From contig JAFULU010000283.1 in the NCBI GenBank assembly GCA_017483125.1, positions 1-49,541 of the forward strand: 49,541 nucleotides of DNA. Direction: 5' to 3'. A program made the translations under genes and the position numbers. Below are positions 1 to 9,656 of the stretch, in pieces. The number at the start of each line of letters is the position of its first letter. Position 1 is the first letter of the stretch. Under the pieces are notes generated by a model that saw only the letters and a list, made by a program, of their open reading frames with translations, did not search any database and was not told the origin of the DNA. This DNA comes from Clostridia bacterium (GTDB lineage: Bacteria; Bacillota; Clostridia; Oscillospirales; CAG-272).

Positions 1-257
1 ACGGGCGGGGTGCGGTCCGAGACGATCTGGTCGATACAGGCATCCCCCAGATCCGCGGGGTCAATGCTCCCCAGGCTCATGATGTTCCAGAGGAAATCCC
101 CCTCGCTGACGCAGCCCAGGTAGCGTCCGTCCTTACTCACCACGGGAATGGCGGTGTAGCCGTGGCGACGGAGCTTTTCCATGCCATGGCGGAAGCTGCA
201 CCCCTCGGTGAGGTGTGCCACGTGACTTTTGGGAATCAGAAAAAAGGCGACATTCAT
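1..257 (-). CDS. CBS domain-containing protein (N-terminal part only; gene runs off the left edge)
   Basis: ATG at 257 preceded by AAGGAGG. Translation MNVAFFLIPKSHVAHLTEGCSFRHGMEKLRRHGYTAIPVVSKDGRYLGCVSEGDFLW looks like a CBS-pair N-terminus. Absent from the ORF track because it is truncated. Confidence 0.6.
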   Translation of the reverse strand, partial: MNVAFFLIPKSHVAHLTEGCSFRHGMEKLRRHGYTAIPVVSKDGRYLGCVSEGDFLWNIMSLGSIDPADLGDACIDQIVSDRTPP

Positions 258-326
258 GGGAAAGGCCCCTCCTTGGGCCGTTTGGGTGGAGTGGGTGGGT
301 GAAGGGTCTTGCGGGGGATCTACGGG

Positions 327-1394
327 TCAGCTGCCCGCTGTGTCGGTCTCAGCGGGGGTGTCCCCCTCGTTTACGTGGGTGTCGTCGTAGGTCATGACCT
401 TGGAGAACACCGAGCCCCCCAGCAGCATGGTGAGGGTGGTATCCTTGGGGTTGGCGTAGTAGTAGCCGTACTTGTCGGTCCCTCCCAGGGTCAGGGTGAA
501 GGTAAAGGCCTCGGTCACGCCGCTGACGGTCTTGGTGTAATCAACCTTCATGGTCGTGGTGTTCTGATCCAGACCGTACGCGGGGAAATCGGTAGTCTTG
601 ACGCTCATGCAGGTCAGGTAGTCCATGTCTCCCACCAGAAGCTCCAGACTCTTCACCAGATCGGCGGCCACGGTCACGGGGGCCTCCCCGTTGACCGAGC
701 GGGACCACACCGCCTGCCCCTCCCCGTCGATGCTGCGGGTAAGGGTGATCGTTCTGTCCCCTTGGGTCATGGTGAAGCCTGTGAGGGCCTCGGGCTTGAA
801 GGCGGGGAGGTCGTCGTGGTAGACCAGACTCTCCACCGACCGATCGAACTCGGTGAGGAACTCGCCGTCCAAGAGGTAGACGGTGGTCTTATCCCCGTTT
901 CTGTAGGCGCAGTAGGTACTATTATATGTGTTGAAGGCACCGATACAGAACGATTGCTCGCCGTAAACGCGGTCGGTAAAGGTGACGGTGCGGGCGGGGG
1001 CAGTCAGACCGTACTCGGAAAACTGCTCCTCGGTGACGTTTTGGAGGGTGTTGACCACTTGGATGCCGTAGAGGGTGGAGGAGTAGCCGTAGAAGGCGGA
1101 GGAGCCGAGAGGCACGGCGGGATCATCGTTCCAATGCCAGCTCTCCCCGTCCTCGGAGCGGGTGTAGATCCAGACCTCGGCCACCCCGTCCCCGTCCTTG
1201 TCGTAGGTGTAGGAGAGCTTGGTCAGGCCGTCCTCGGTGACCTGCAGGAAGGTGGCCTCCTCGGCTGTGGTCTCGGGAGCGGTGGTGTCCTCGGGGGTGT
1301 CCTCTTTGAAGACCAGCCCCGCCACGGCGTAGCCGATGCAGAGCAGGACCAGGATCCCCGCGAGGATCAGAATGGTGCGCAGCTTCTTATCCAT
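327..1394 (-). CDS. DUF4340-like membrane-anchored protein, last gene of the ABC/GldG operon
   Basis: 355-aa ORF with an N-terminal TM helix (ILILAGILVLLCIGYAVAGLVF). It sits 9 nt downstream of the GldG-like gene. The DUF4340 call rests on this conserved operon context and architecture, recalled from memory. Confidence 0.5.
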   Translation of the reverse strand: MDKKLRTILILAGILVLLCIGYAVAGLVFKEDTPEDTTAPETTAEEATFLQVTEDGLTKLSYTYDKDGDGVAEVWIYTRSEDGESWHWNDDPAVPLGSSAFYGYSSTLYGIQVVNTLQNVTEEQFSEYGLTAPARTVTFTDRVYGEQSFCIGAFNTYNSTYCAYRNGDKTTVYLLDGEFLTEFDRSVESLVYHDDLPAFKPEALTGFTMTQGDRTITLTRSIDGEGQAVWSRSVNGEAPVTVAADLVKSLELLVGDMDYLTCMSVKTTDFPAYGLDQNTTTMKVDYTKTVSGVTEAFTFTLTLGGTDKYGYYYANPKDTTLTMLLGGSVFSKVMTYDDTHVNEGDTPAETDTAGS

Positions 1395-1403
1395 AGGGCG
1401 ATC

Positions 1404-2987
1404 TTACCGTCTCTTTCTGCGGATCCAGATCACGATACCCACAACCAGAAGGGCCACGGGAAGCAGGATCACGGTAACGGCGAAGATGATGAGGGCGGCA
1501 CCGTCGGTGACCTCCAGAGACTCGGTCTGGAGGGACACGGGGGTGAGGTTCTCATAGGCCGAGGTGAAGCCCTCGTTCATGAGGCTCATGGTGGCGGCGT
1601 AGAAGTAGTAGTTCCCGCCCTTGCTGCCCTCGGCGGCGGTGTCGGTGAAGGCGTTGGCCGAGGCGAACCAGGTGAGGTTGGCGGTCTTGGTAGTGCCCTC
1701 GGCGGTGGTGACGCTCTTGGCGGCGGCCACGGCTACCTCCAGCTTGCCTGCCTCGGTGAGGTTGGTCGTTTTGTCCAGAGTCACGAGGACGGCCTTGTCC
1801 GAGGTGGTGAACAGGGGAGTGACGGTGACCCCCGCGGGCAGGGTAGCGGCCACACCGATGGCATGGCAGTTGGGAAGCTGGGGCTTGAAGCCGCCCGAGG
1901 TGACGTAGGCGGTGGCGGTATGCTGGGTGGAGACGGTGGGCACCAGAGTATACTGGCTACCCGAGATGAAGCTGGTGTCGCCCTCCTGCACCAGACCCTT
2001 CCTGGCGATCAGGCCGAAGGCGGCCACCACGCTGTTGAGGTTGGGGCAGGACTCGGCCACCTCGGGGGAGGTGTTGAGCATGAGGGAGCCGCCGCCATTC
2101 AGGTAGGCGGTGATGAGGGAGGCCTCGTGGGGAGTCAGATCTCTCTTGGGGGAGTAGAGCATGAGACAGCCCGCGTCCACGGGGATGCCTCCCGAGGTGG
2201 AGAGATCCAGAGGCTGGATATCCAGACCCATGGTTCCCAGCAGCTCCGAGAGGGACTCGGAGGGGGTGACGTCACCAAAGCCCGTCAGCAGGTAGCCGTG
2301 GGGGATGTACTCCCGGGTCACGTAGTCCAGAGCGGAGGTCAGTCGGGCCTCGGCGCAGAAGGAGTGGAAGGTATTGAACTGGGTGATGTCCTCCACGGTG
2401 TAGCCGCTCTGGGCCATCATGTAGGCAATCATGGTGCCGTACTGGGAGCAGGCCGAGGAGAGACCCGCGGCGGTCATGGGGCCCAGCAGCTCGGCGGGGA
2501 TGTACTGGGGGTACATCTGGTAGACCAGGGGGAACAGGAGGTTGGTGTAGTAGTAGAGATCCCCCGCGTCAATGACGGTGTGACGGCGGGCGGACTCCAC
2601 CACGAAGCTGTAGGGGGAGAGGGCAGAATCGGTGTACTTGGCGGTGAAGGTGGGCTCCTTCAGGGGATCCACGATCTGAACGGAAACGTGCTTCCCCGCC
2701 TCCTCGTAGCGGGAGAGGAGAAGACGGATCTGCTGATCCTCCACCCCGCCCTCGCAGAGCCAGTAGACCGTGACGTCCTCGTCCATGCCCGAGACGAACT
2801 TCTCGGACTCCTCCGAGATCTCGGTCAGGCCCAGGCCCGAGGTGTCGAATTGGGTGATCTTGGCGGGCAGGACACCCACCAGCAGGTTGGCGACGATGAG
2901 GAGCGCCAGGATGATGACGCCCATGATAAAGGAATAGGTGCCGATCTTGACAGACCGCATCATGCGGAACAGTGCGCTATTGCTCAT
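1404..2987 (-). CDS. GldG-family ABC-transporter auxiliary protein (ABC-type uncharacterized transport system)
   Basis: ORF 1404-3005. N-terminal and C-terminal TM helices flank a large extracytoplasmic domain, and it follows the ABC-2 permease. I prefer the ATG at 2987 (GGAGG 10 nt upstream) over the ATG at 3005. Confidence 0.65.
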   Translation of the reverse strand: MSNSALFRMMRSVKIGTYSFIMGVIILALLIVANLLVGVLPAKITQFDTSGLGLTEISEESEKFVSGMDEDVTVYWLCEGGVEDQQIRLLLSRYEEAGKHVSVQIVDPLKEPTFTAKYTDSALSPYSFVVESARRHTVIDAGDLYYYTNLLFPLVYQMYPQYIPAELLGPMTAAGLSSACSQYGTMIAYMMAQSGYTVEDITQFNTFHSFCAEARLTSALDYVTREYIPHGYLLTGFGDVTPSESLSELLGTMGLDIQPLDLSTSGGIPVDAGCLMLYSPKRDLTPHEASLITAYLNGGGSLMLNTSPEVAESCPNLNSVVAAFGLIARKGLVQEGDTSFISGSQYTLVPTVSTQHTATAYVTSGGFKPQLPNCHAIGVAATLPAGVTVTPLFTTSDKAVLVTLDKTTNLTEAGKLEVAVAAAKSVTTAEGTTKTANLTWFASANAFTDTAAEGSKGGNYYFYAATMSLMNEGFTSAYENLTPVSLQTESLEVTDGAALIIFAVTVILLPVALLVVGIVIWIRRKRR

Positions 2988-3008
2988 AGTGGTATACCTC
3001 CGCATGGA

Positions 3009-3875
3009 TTAGTCCCAGCGCTTCTTGTCCGCCGACTGGACCGTCAGGAAGACAAAGAGCACGGGGTAGGAAAGGAGCAGGATGAGAGACTGAACAGAGA
3101 AGGTGCCGAACTGGCAGAAGGCCGCGAAGTGGGCGAAGGGGGAGATGAACTGGAGCAGAGAGGGGAACAGACCCTCGAAGCTGCTTCGGGACAGGATGTA
3201 GATCACCGACAGGGGCACCACGGCCACGGCGGCGGTGATGGCGGTGACGTTGAGGTTATGGGTGGCCAGGAAGGCGATACCCGCCAGGAGGAGGGCCAGC
3301 ACCACGAAGCCGATGAAGGAGGCGATGGCGGTCAGGGGGATGACGTAGGACAGCCAAGGCGCGAAGAGCAGGACGGCCACGGCCAGAACTCCCAGCACGG
3401 CGGCGATCACCAGGTTATCGGTAAGGGAGGACAAGAACTGGCAGACCGCGATGAGGGCGGCACCCAGGATCAGGAAGAGGAGGATGGCGAGGTAGGCGAC
3501 CAGGTAATTGACGGGGCCGAAGGCACCCAGCACCAAGGGGTACACGCAGAGGATGACGCAGGGGATGGCGTAGACCGTCAGCATGGCGAGGTACTTCCCC
3601 AGCACCACCGAGGAGGTCTTCATGGGGAGGGAGAGGTAGAACATATCGGTCTTGTTGTGTCGGTCCTCGGCCATGGAACGCATACACAGGATGGGGATGA
3701 GGAGCAGGAGGGCGTACTGACTTCCCGACAGGGTCAGCTCAAACTCGGGGGCCCCGTCGTAGAGGTTGTTCTGGAACATCATGTAGCCCGTAAAGAGCAG
3801 GAGGATGGCCATGAACAGCCAGCCGTAGACGTTATTCATGTAGGCGCGCAGCTCGCGCTTATAGACGGCGGACAT
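3009..3875 (-). CDS. ABC-2 type transporter permease (GldF-like)
   Basis: 288-aa polytopic membrane protein. Its start codon overlaps the ATPase stop (TGATG overlap at 3875). Confidence 0.75.
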   Translation of the reverse strand: MSAVYKRELRAYMNNVYGWLFMAILLLFTGYMMFQNNLYDGAPEFELTLSGSQYALLLLIPILCMRSMAEDRHNKTDMFYLSLPMKTSSVVLGKYLAMLTVYAIPCVILCVYPLVLGAFGPVNYLVAYLAILLFLILGAALIAVCQFLSSLTDNLVIAAVLGVLAVAVLLFAPWLSYVIPLTAIASFIGFVVLALLLAGIAFLATHNLNVTAITAAVAVVPLSVIYILSRSSFEGLFPSLLQFISPFAHFAAFCQFGTFSVQSLILLLSYPVLFVFLTVQSADKKRWD

Positions 3876-4837
3876 CAGTCGTGTACCTCCTCACTCTTGG
3901 ATTTTTTGGCGGTCAGGGAGAGGAAGATCTCCTCCAGGGACTGCTCCACGGTCTCGGTGGAGAGGACGGCGTAGCGGCGCTCGGCCATGGCGAAGAAGAT
4001 CTCGTCCCGCAGATCGGTATCGGGAGCGGTGGTGACCTGCAGGGTGACGGTGCCGTCGGCCTCGCTCTCGGAGAGCTTGGTCACGGTGTTGACCCCCTCG
4101 ATGGACTTCAGCACCGCTCCGGCACCCGCCTCGTCGGCCTTGACCGTCATGCGGAGGGTGGTCTCGGGGTTCATGCGGGCCTCCAGCTCGGCCATATCGT
4201 CGTCGGCCACCACGTGACCCTCCGAGAGGATGATAACGTGGTCGCAGAGCTCGGCGATCTCGGACAGGATGTGGCTGGAGATGATGACGGTAAGCTTCTC
4301 TCCCAGCTTACGGACCAGAGCGCGGATCTCGGTGAGCTGCTGGGGGTCCAGGCCTACCGTAGGCTCGTCCAGAATGATGATGTCGGGGGATCCCAGCACC
4401 GCCTGGGCGATGCCCACGCGCTGGCGGTAGCCCTTGGAGAGGTTGCGGATGAGGCGGTCCTTCACCGACAGGATGTCGGTGACCTGCATGGCCTCCTTGA
4501 CCTGGCGGTCAATGAGGTCGTCCGACACCCCCTTGGCCTCGGCCACGAAGGTGAGGTACTCGGCGGGGGTCATATCGATGAACAGGGGGGGCTGCTCGGG
4601 GAGGTAGCCGATCTGGCGCTTGGCCTCGATGGGCTGGTCACAGATGTCGTAGCCGTTGATGAGGACGGTGCCCTCGGTGGGGGAGAGGCATCCCGTCATG
4701 ATGTTCATGGTGGTGGATTTCCCCGCGCCGTTGGGGCCCAGAAGCCCGTAGATACGGCCGTTGCGGATCTTGAAGCTGACGTTCTCCACGGCGGTCTTTT
4801 GGCCGTAGACCTTGGTCAGATTTTGTACTTCGATCAA
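3875..4837 (-). CDS. ABC transporter ATP-binding protein
   Basis: Walker A GPNGAGKST, signature LSKGYRQR, Walker B IIILDEPTVGLD. 320 aa. Confidence 0.9.
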   Translation of the reverse strand: MIEVQNLTKVYGQKTAVENVSFKIRNGRIYGLLGPNGAGKSTTMNIMTGCLSPTEGTVLINGYDICDQPIEAKRQIGYLPEQPPLFIDMTPAEYLTFVAEAKGVSDDLIDRQVKEAMQVTDILSVKDRLIRNLSKGYRQRVGIAQAVLGSPDIIILDEPTVGLDPQQLTEIRALVRKLGEKLTVIISSHILSEIAELCDHVIILSEGHVVADDDMAELEARMNPETTLRMTVKADEAGAGAVLKSIEGVNTVTKLSESEADGTVTLQVTTAPDTDLRDEIFFAMAERRYAVLSTETVEQSLEEIFLSLTAKKSKSEEVHD

Positions 4838-4901
4838 GTGCTTGTCCTCCGTTTGGATGGATTTTGAGCCGCCGCGTATAGCGATGGCTACAGTTACTTA
4901 T

Positions 4902-4930
4902 ATTATATAACAGAAACACGGGAGTGTCAA
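4902..4930 (-). promoter_or_regulatory. sigma-A type promoter for the ABC/GldG/DUF4340 operon
   Basis: Minus strand reads TTGACA-17 nt-TATAAT (ttgaca ctcccgtgtttctgtta tataat), about 65 nt upstream of the ATPase ATG. Confidence 0.7.
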
Positions 4931-5044
4931 GGGGATGGGACTCTTTTCGTCACCCTGCGAAAAAAGTTTACAGGCTATGACCGTTTGGGGAGCATCAGGC
5001 GCACTCAAAATTTCGTAAACTTTTGTTAAATCCCTGTTCACGCA

Positions 5045-5073
5045 TTGACAAAACCGTTAATTTGTGATATAAT
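5045..5073 (+). promoter_or_regulatory. sigma-A type promoter for the glgBCDA operon
   Basis: TTGACA (5045-5050), 17-nt spacer, TATAAT (5068-5073) with a TGa extended -10. It lies 40 nt upstream of the glgB ATG. Confidence 0.75.
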
Positions 5074-5113
5074 CACAATGTACAGTTATATTTACTGAAA
5101 GGATTCGGGACAA

Positions 5114-7141
5114 ATGCCAACAAAATCGGTCAAAATCACCGAAACGTCTACCTCCATCCGCGAAGCCCTCAGCACCGAGGCGGCTCCCGACACCCTCCGC
5201 GAGACCCCTCTCTCCCCCGAGGCCGAGGCCCTGCTTCCCCACCGCCGCGAGCTGGACGAGTTCCTCTTCCACGAGGGTACCGCCCGCCACGCCTACACCT
5301 ATCTGGGCGCTCACGCCGAGGTGGGCGAGGACGGGGCAGAGCGGGTGATCTTCCGCGTCTGGGCTCCCCATGCCAAGGGGGTATCGGTCGTGGGCTCCTT
5401 CACCGACTGGGATCAGGGCATCCCCATGACCCGCGCCACCCAAAGCGGCATCTTCATGCTGGTTCTTGAGGGAGACAAGGTGCCCGACGGCTCTGTCTAT
5501 AAGTACCGCGTCACCGCCGCCGACGGGCGGGTGCTCCTCCACGCCGACCCCTACGGCCGTGCCATGGAGTGTCCCCCCGAGACCGCCACCCGTTTCTTCC
5601 GCGAGAAGCCCTTCAAGTGGCACGACCGCGGTTGGCTCCGTCAACGCGCCAAGCGCAAGAAGGACGGCCGCAAGTACCCCATGAACATCTACGAGGTCCA
5701 CGCGGGCTCCTGGAAATACGGAGCCGACGGCAAGCCTCTTTCCTACCGCCGGCTGGCGGACGAGCTGGCCCCCTACCTCAAGCAGATGGGCTTTACCCAC
5801 GTGGAGCTGCTCCCCGTCATGGAGCATCCCTTCGGAGGCTCCTGGGGCTACCAGGTCTGCGGCTACTACGCCCCCACCGCCCGCTACGGCGACCCCGACG
5901 ATTTCCGCGCCTTCGTGGACATCATGCACAACGCGGGGCTGGGTGTCATTCTGGACTGGGTCCCCGCCCACTTCCCCAAGGATGCCCACGGCCTGTACCG
6001 CTTTGACGGACAACCTCTTTATGAGTATGAGGACCCCACCAGGCAGGAGAACCGCGGCTGGGGCACCTGCTGCTTCGATGTGGGCAAGAAGGAGGTCATC
6101 TCCTTCCTCATGTCCAACGCCTACTACTGGGTGGAGGAGTTCCACGCCGACGGTCTCCGTGTGGATGCCGTGGCCTCCATGCTCTACCTCAACTACGACC
6201 GCCAGCCCGGAGAGTGGCACCCCAACAAGAACGGCGGCTATCAGAACCTGGAGGCGGTGGCCTTCTTCCGCACCCTCAACGAGGGCCTGCGCGAGGATCA
6301 CCCCGACATCATGACCATCGCCGAGGAGTCCACCATGTGGCCCCACATCACCGACTTTTCCGAGGAGGGCCTGGGCTTCACCTACAAGTGGAACATGGGC
6401 TGGATGAACGACACCCTGCGCTACGTCAAGGAGGATCCCATCTTCCGCAAGCACCACCACGGCCATCTGACCCACATCCCCTCCTACGCCTTCATCGAGA
6501 ACTACGTCCTCCCCATCTCCCACGACGAGGTGGTGCATCTGAAAAAGTCCTTTTTGGACAAGATGCCCGGGGACTACTGGCGGAAGTTCGCGGGGGACCG
6601 CGTCTTCGCCGCCTGGATGATGACCCACCCCGGAGCCAAGCTCTGGTTCATGGGCTGTGAGATCGGCCAGTTCGCCGAGTGGAGCGAGATGCGCCAGCTG
6701 GACTGGCATCTTTTGGACTACGAATACCACGCCAAGCTCCAGCACTACTATGCCGCTCTGAATAATCTCTACCTCTCCACCCCCGCCCTGTGGGACGAGT
6801 TCACCGACACCCCCGAAAAGTCCTTTGAGTGGCTGGAGAAGCACGATGCCGACCGCTCTCTCATCGCCTTCCGACGGGTCTCCCGTGAGGGCAAGGACGT
6901 CACCGTCGTATTGAACTTCACCCCCATGACCCATGTGGATCATCGCATGAACGTCCCCCTGCCCGGAAAGTACCGCGAGATCTTCAACTCCGATGCGCAG
7001 GAGTTCGGCGGTAGCGGGGTCCTCAACACGGGTGTGCTGGAGGCCTTCCCCGTGGAGGGCAACTTCCTGCACATGGTGCGGATGAACGTACCGCCCTTGG
7101 GATGCGTGATACTGGAAAGAATTGACGAGGACGGCGAGTAA
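5114..7141 (+). CDS. glgB: 1,4-alpha-glucan branching enzyme
   Basis: 675 aa. GH13 signatures DWVPAHF, GLRVDAV, AEEST and SHDEVVH. The N-terminal CBM48-like region is typical of GlgB. Confidence 0.92.
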   Translation: MPTKSVKITETSTSIREALSTEAAPDTLRETPLSPEAEALLPHRRELDEFLFHEGTARHAYTYLGAHAEVGEDGAERVIFRVWAPHAKGVSVVGSFTDWDQGIPMTRATQSGIFMLVLEGDKVPDGSVYKYRVTAADGRVLLHADPYGRAMECPPETATRFFREKPFKWHDRGWLRQRAKRKKDGRKYPMNIYEVHAGSWKYGADGKPLSYRRLADELAPYLKQMGFTHVELLPVMEHPFGGSWGYQVCGYYAPTARYGDPDDFRAFVDIMHNAGLGVILDWVPAHFPKDAHGLYRFDGQPLYEYEDPTRQENRGWGTCCFDVGKKEVISFLMSNAYYWVEEFHADGLRVDAVASMLYLNYDRQPGEWHPNKNGGYQNLEAVAFFRTLNEGLREDHPDIMTIAEESTMWPHITDFSEEGLGFTYKWNMGWMNDTLRYVKEDPIFRKHHHGHLTHIPSYAFIENYVLPISHDEVVHLKKSFLDKMPGDYWRKFAGDRVFAAWMMTHPGAKLWFMGCEIGQFAEWSEMRQLDWHLLDYEYHAKLQHYYAALNNLYLSTPALWDEFTDTPEKSFEWLEKHDADRSLIAFRRVSREGKDVTVVLNFTPMTHVDHRMNVPLPGKYREIFNSDAQEFGGSGVLNTGVLEAFPVEGNFLHMVRMNVPPLGCVILERIDEDGE

Positions 7142-7146
7142 CCTTC

Positions 7147-7246
7147 AGATACAAGTTACAAGATACAAAGATACAAGATAGACAGAAGCCATAGCATATC
7201 TTGTATCTTGTATCTGCCGAGCCTGCTCGGCCGTATCTTGTATCTC
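7147..7246. repeat. B-type palindromic heptamer-array element, (GATACAA)n
   Basis: Left arm AGATACAAGTTACAAGATACAAAGATACAAGATA (7147-7180). Complementary arm ATATCTTGTATCTTGTATCT (7196-7215). GC hairpin GCCGAGCCTGCTCGGC (7216-7231), then CGTATCTTGTATCTC. Confidence 0.85.
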
Positions 7247-7317
7247 AAAAGTCCCCAAGGGGTTGAAAATATGTAAAATTATGCGGTTTATCCGCGATCA
7301 TAAAAGGAGGCACCAAC

Positions 7318-8502
7318 ATGATCTTCAGAAAGAAAGAGTGCGTGGCGATGCTGCTGGCCGGCGGTCAGGGCTCCCGTCTTTACGCTCTCACCAAGAAAGT
7401 CGCCAAGCCCGCCGTGCGCTTTGGCGGCAAGTACCGCATCATCGATTTCCCGCTGTCCAACTGCGTGAACTCGGGCATCGACACCGTGGGCGTGCTGACC
7501 CAGTACCAGCCCCTTGTGCTCAACGAGTACATCGGTAACGGACTCCCCTGGGATCTGGACCGCTCCTTTGGCGGAGTCAAGATCCTGCCCCCCTACCAGG
7601 GTCAGAAGAGCGCCGACTGGTACAAGGGTACCGCCAACGCCATCTACCAGAACCTGGCCTTCATCAACCGCTACGACGCCGACTACGTCTTGATCCTCTC
7701 GGGCGACCACATCTACAAGATGGACTACGACAAGATGCTGGACTTCCACAAGGCCAAGGGCGCCGACTGCACCATCGCCGTCATCGACGTGCCCATCGAG
7801 GAGGCCAGCCGCTTCGGTATCATGAGCACCAATCCCGACGGCTCCATCTACAAGTTCTCCGAGAAGCCCAAGAACCCCGACAGCACCAACGCGTCCATGG
7901 GTATCTACATCTTCAACCGCAAGAAGCTCTGCGACTACCTCATCGCCGACGAGGCGGATCCCAACTCCTCCAACGACTTCGGTAAGAACATCATCCCCAA
8001 TATGCTGGCCGCAGGCGAGAAGATGTTCGCTTACCCCTTCGAGGGATACTGGAAGGACGTCGGAACCATCTCCTCTCTGTGGGAGGCCAACATGGATCTG
8101 CTGGGAGATCAGCCCGTTCTGGATCTGTCGGGCAACGACTGGCGCATCTTCGCCCGTCACTCCGCCTCGGCTCCCCAGTTCGTGGGAGCTCGCGCGTCCA
8201 TTGAGAACTGCTACATAACCGAGGGCTGTGAGATCTACGGCACCGTCAAGAATTCGGTGATCGGTCCCGGCGTCAAGGTCATGGCAGGCGCGCACGTAGA
8301 GGACTGCGTCCTCATGGGTGACTGCGTGATCGAGGCGGGCGCTACAGTCCAGTACGCCATCATTGACTCCGACGTCACCGTCGGCGCGGGCGCCACCGTG
8401 GGCGCTCCCAGAAGCACGGGTGCCGAGATCGCCGTGGTCGGCGAGGGCATTACCATCGCGGCAGGCGCTACGGTTGAGCCCGGCGCCATGCTGTCTGAGT
8501 AA
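7318..8502 (+). CDS. glgC: glucose-1-phosphate adenylyltransferase
   Basis: 394 aa. N-terminal LAGGQGSRL nucleotidyl-transferase motif, [10 protein letters not shown], and a C-terminal left-handed beta-helix region. AAAGGAGG RBS. Confidence 0.92.
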   Translation: MIFRKKECVAMLLAGGQGSRLYALTKKVAKPAVRFGGKYRIIDFPLSNCVNSGIDTVGVLTQYQPLVLNEYIGNGLPWDLDRSFGGVKILPPYQGQKSADWYKGTANAIYQNLAFINRYDADYVLILSGDHIYKMDYDKMLDFHKAKGADCTIAVIDVPIEEASRFGIMSTNPDGSIYKFSEKPKNPDSTNASMGIYIFNRKKLCDYLIADEADPNSSNDFGKNIIPNMLAAGEKMFAYPFEGYWKDVGTISSLWEANMDLLGDQPVLDLSGNDWRIFARHSASAPQFVGARASIENCYITEGCEIYGTVKNSVIGPGVKVMAGAHVEDCVLMGDCVIEAGATVQYAIIDSDVTVGAGATVGAPRSTGAEIAVVGEGITIAAGATVEPGAMLSE

Positions 8503-8516
8503 AGGAGGACACGAAC

Positions 8517-9650
8517 ATGACCGCAGCAGGATTGATTTTCGCCAATATCCACGACCAGAGCATCCCCGAGCTGACTCGTGTACGCTCCATGGCCTCTGTG
8601 CCCTTCGGTTGCCGCTACCGCCTCATTGACTTCACCCTGTCCAACATGGTGAATTCCGGCATCAACCGCATCGGCCTCATCACCCACCACAACTATCAGT
8701 CCCTTCTCGACCACATCGGTACGGGTAAGGACTGGGATCTGGCCCGCCGCTCGGGCGGTATCAAGCTGATCCCCCCCTACATCACCGCCTACGATCAGGG
8801 CACCCGCATCAAGTCCCCCAGCCACCGTCTGGAGGCTCTCTTTGGTGCCAAGGACTTCATCGCCCGCTGCAACGAGGACTACTTCGTGCTGTCCGACTGC
8901 GACATCATCTGCAACATTGATCTGTCCGAGGTCATCGAGGCTCACGCCGCGTCGGGTGCCGACATCACCTTCGTCACCAAGCGGATGGACGCCGCCGCCA
9001 TGCATCTGGCCGAGCAGGTCTCCATCATCGCCGCTGACGAGGACGGTAAGGTCACCGACTTTACCCGCGCCCAGCCCACCGAGGGTATGGTGAACCTCTA
9101 CACCAACATCATGGTGGTCAGCCGCGAGTACCTGCTCACCATCCTGGCCGCCGCCTCCGCCCACGGCTACCGCTCCTTCTTCGCCGACGTCATCGTTCCC
9201 TCCCTGGGCACCGCCAACTTCCGCGCCTACGAGTACGACGGCTGGTACGCCTACATCGGCTCCCTGGAGGGCTACTTCGCCTCCTCCATGGATATGCTGA
9301 CCCAGGAGGCCCGCGAGGGTCTGTTCGCCGTCAAGAACCGCCCCGTGCTGACCAAGGTCCGCAACTCGGCTCCCACCAAGTACAAGGAGGGCGCCGACGT
9401 CAAGAACTCCTTCATCGCCGACGGCTGTGTCATCGAGGGCACGGTGGAGAACTCCATCCTGTTCCGCGGCGTTAAGGTGGGTAAGGGCACCGTGGTCAAG
9501 AACTCCATCCTCATGCAGGACACCTACACCGGCTCTGACGTCACCCTGAACTGCGTCATCACCGACAAGGACGTCACCATCCGCGACGGCCGCCACCTGT
9601 CGGGTCACAAGACCATGCCCTTCTACGTGGGCAAGGGCGGCAGCGTCTGA
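8517..9650 (+). CDS. glgD: glucose-1-phosphate adenylyltransferase regulatory subunit GlgD
   Basis: 377-aa GlgC paralogue that lacks the GGxGxRL motif (FANIHDQSIPELT instead). It sits immediately downstream of glgC, as in Firmicutes glgCD pairs. Confidence 0.85.
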   Translation: MTAAGLIFANIHDQSIPELTRVRSMASVPFGCRYRLIDFTLSNMVNSGINRIGLITHHNYQSLLDHIGTGKDWDLARRSGGIKLIPPYITAYDQGTRIKSPSHRLEALFGAKDFIARCNEDYFVLSDCDIICNIDLSEVIEAHAASGADITFVTKRMDAAAMHLAEQVSIIAADEDGKVTDFTRAQPTEGMVNLYTNIMVVSREYLLTILAAASAHGYRSFFADVIVPSLGTANFRAYEYDGWYAYIGSLEGYFASSMDMLTQEAREGLFAVKNRPVLTKVRNSAPTKYKEGADVKNSFIADGCVIEGTVENSILFRGVKVGKGTVVKNSILMQDTYTGSDVTLNCVITDKDVTIRDGRHLSGHKTMPFYVGKGGSV

Positions 9651-9656
9651 TAGCTC

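Noticed and set aside
3415-3687. Numerous 60-150-aa ORFs nested inside or overlapping the annotated genes (for example 3415-3687, 5569-6006, 10693-11109, 15468-15926, 18937-19401, 29225-29629)
   Set aside because: They are alternative-frame ORFs with Pro/Arg/Gly- or Ser/Thr/Pro-rich composition, characteristic of off-frame reading of GC-rich genes. None has an RBS or a recognisable motif.
309-3974. 1221-aa ORF on the + strand spanning four minus-strand genes
   Set aside because: It is an antisense shadow ORF typical of high-GC DNA. The translation is low-complexity (G/V/H/D/E/L-rich) with no motifs. The opposite strand encodes a coherent ABC ATPase / permease / GldG / DUF4340 operon with RBSs and overlapping start/stop codons.
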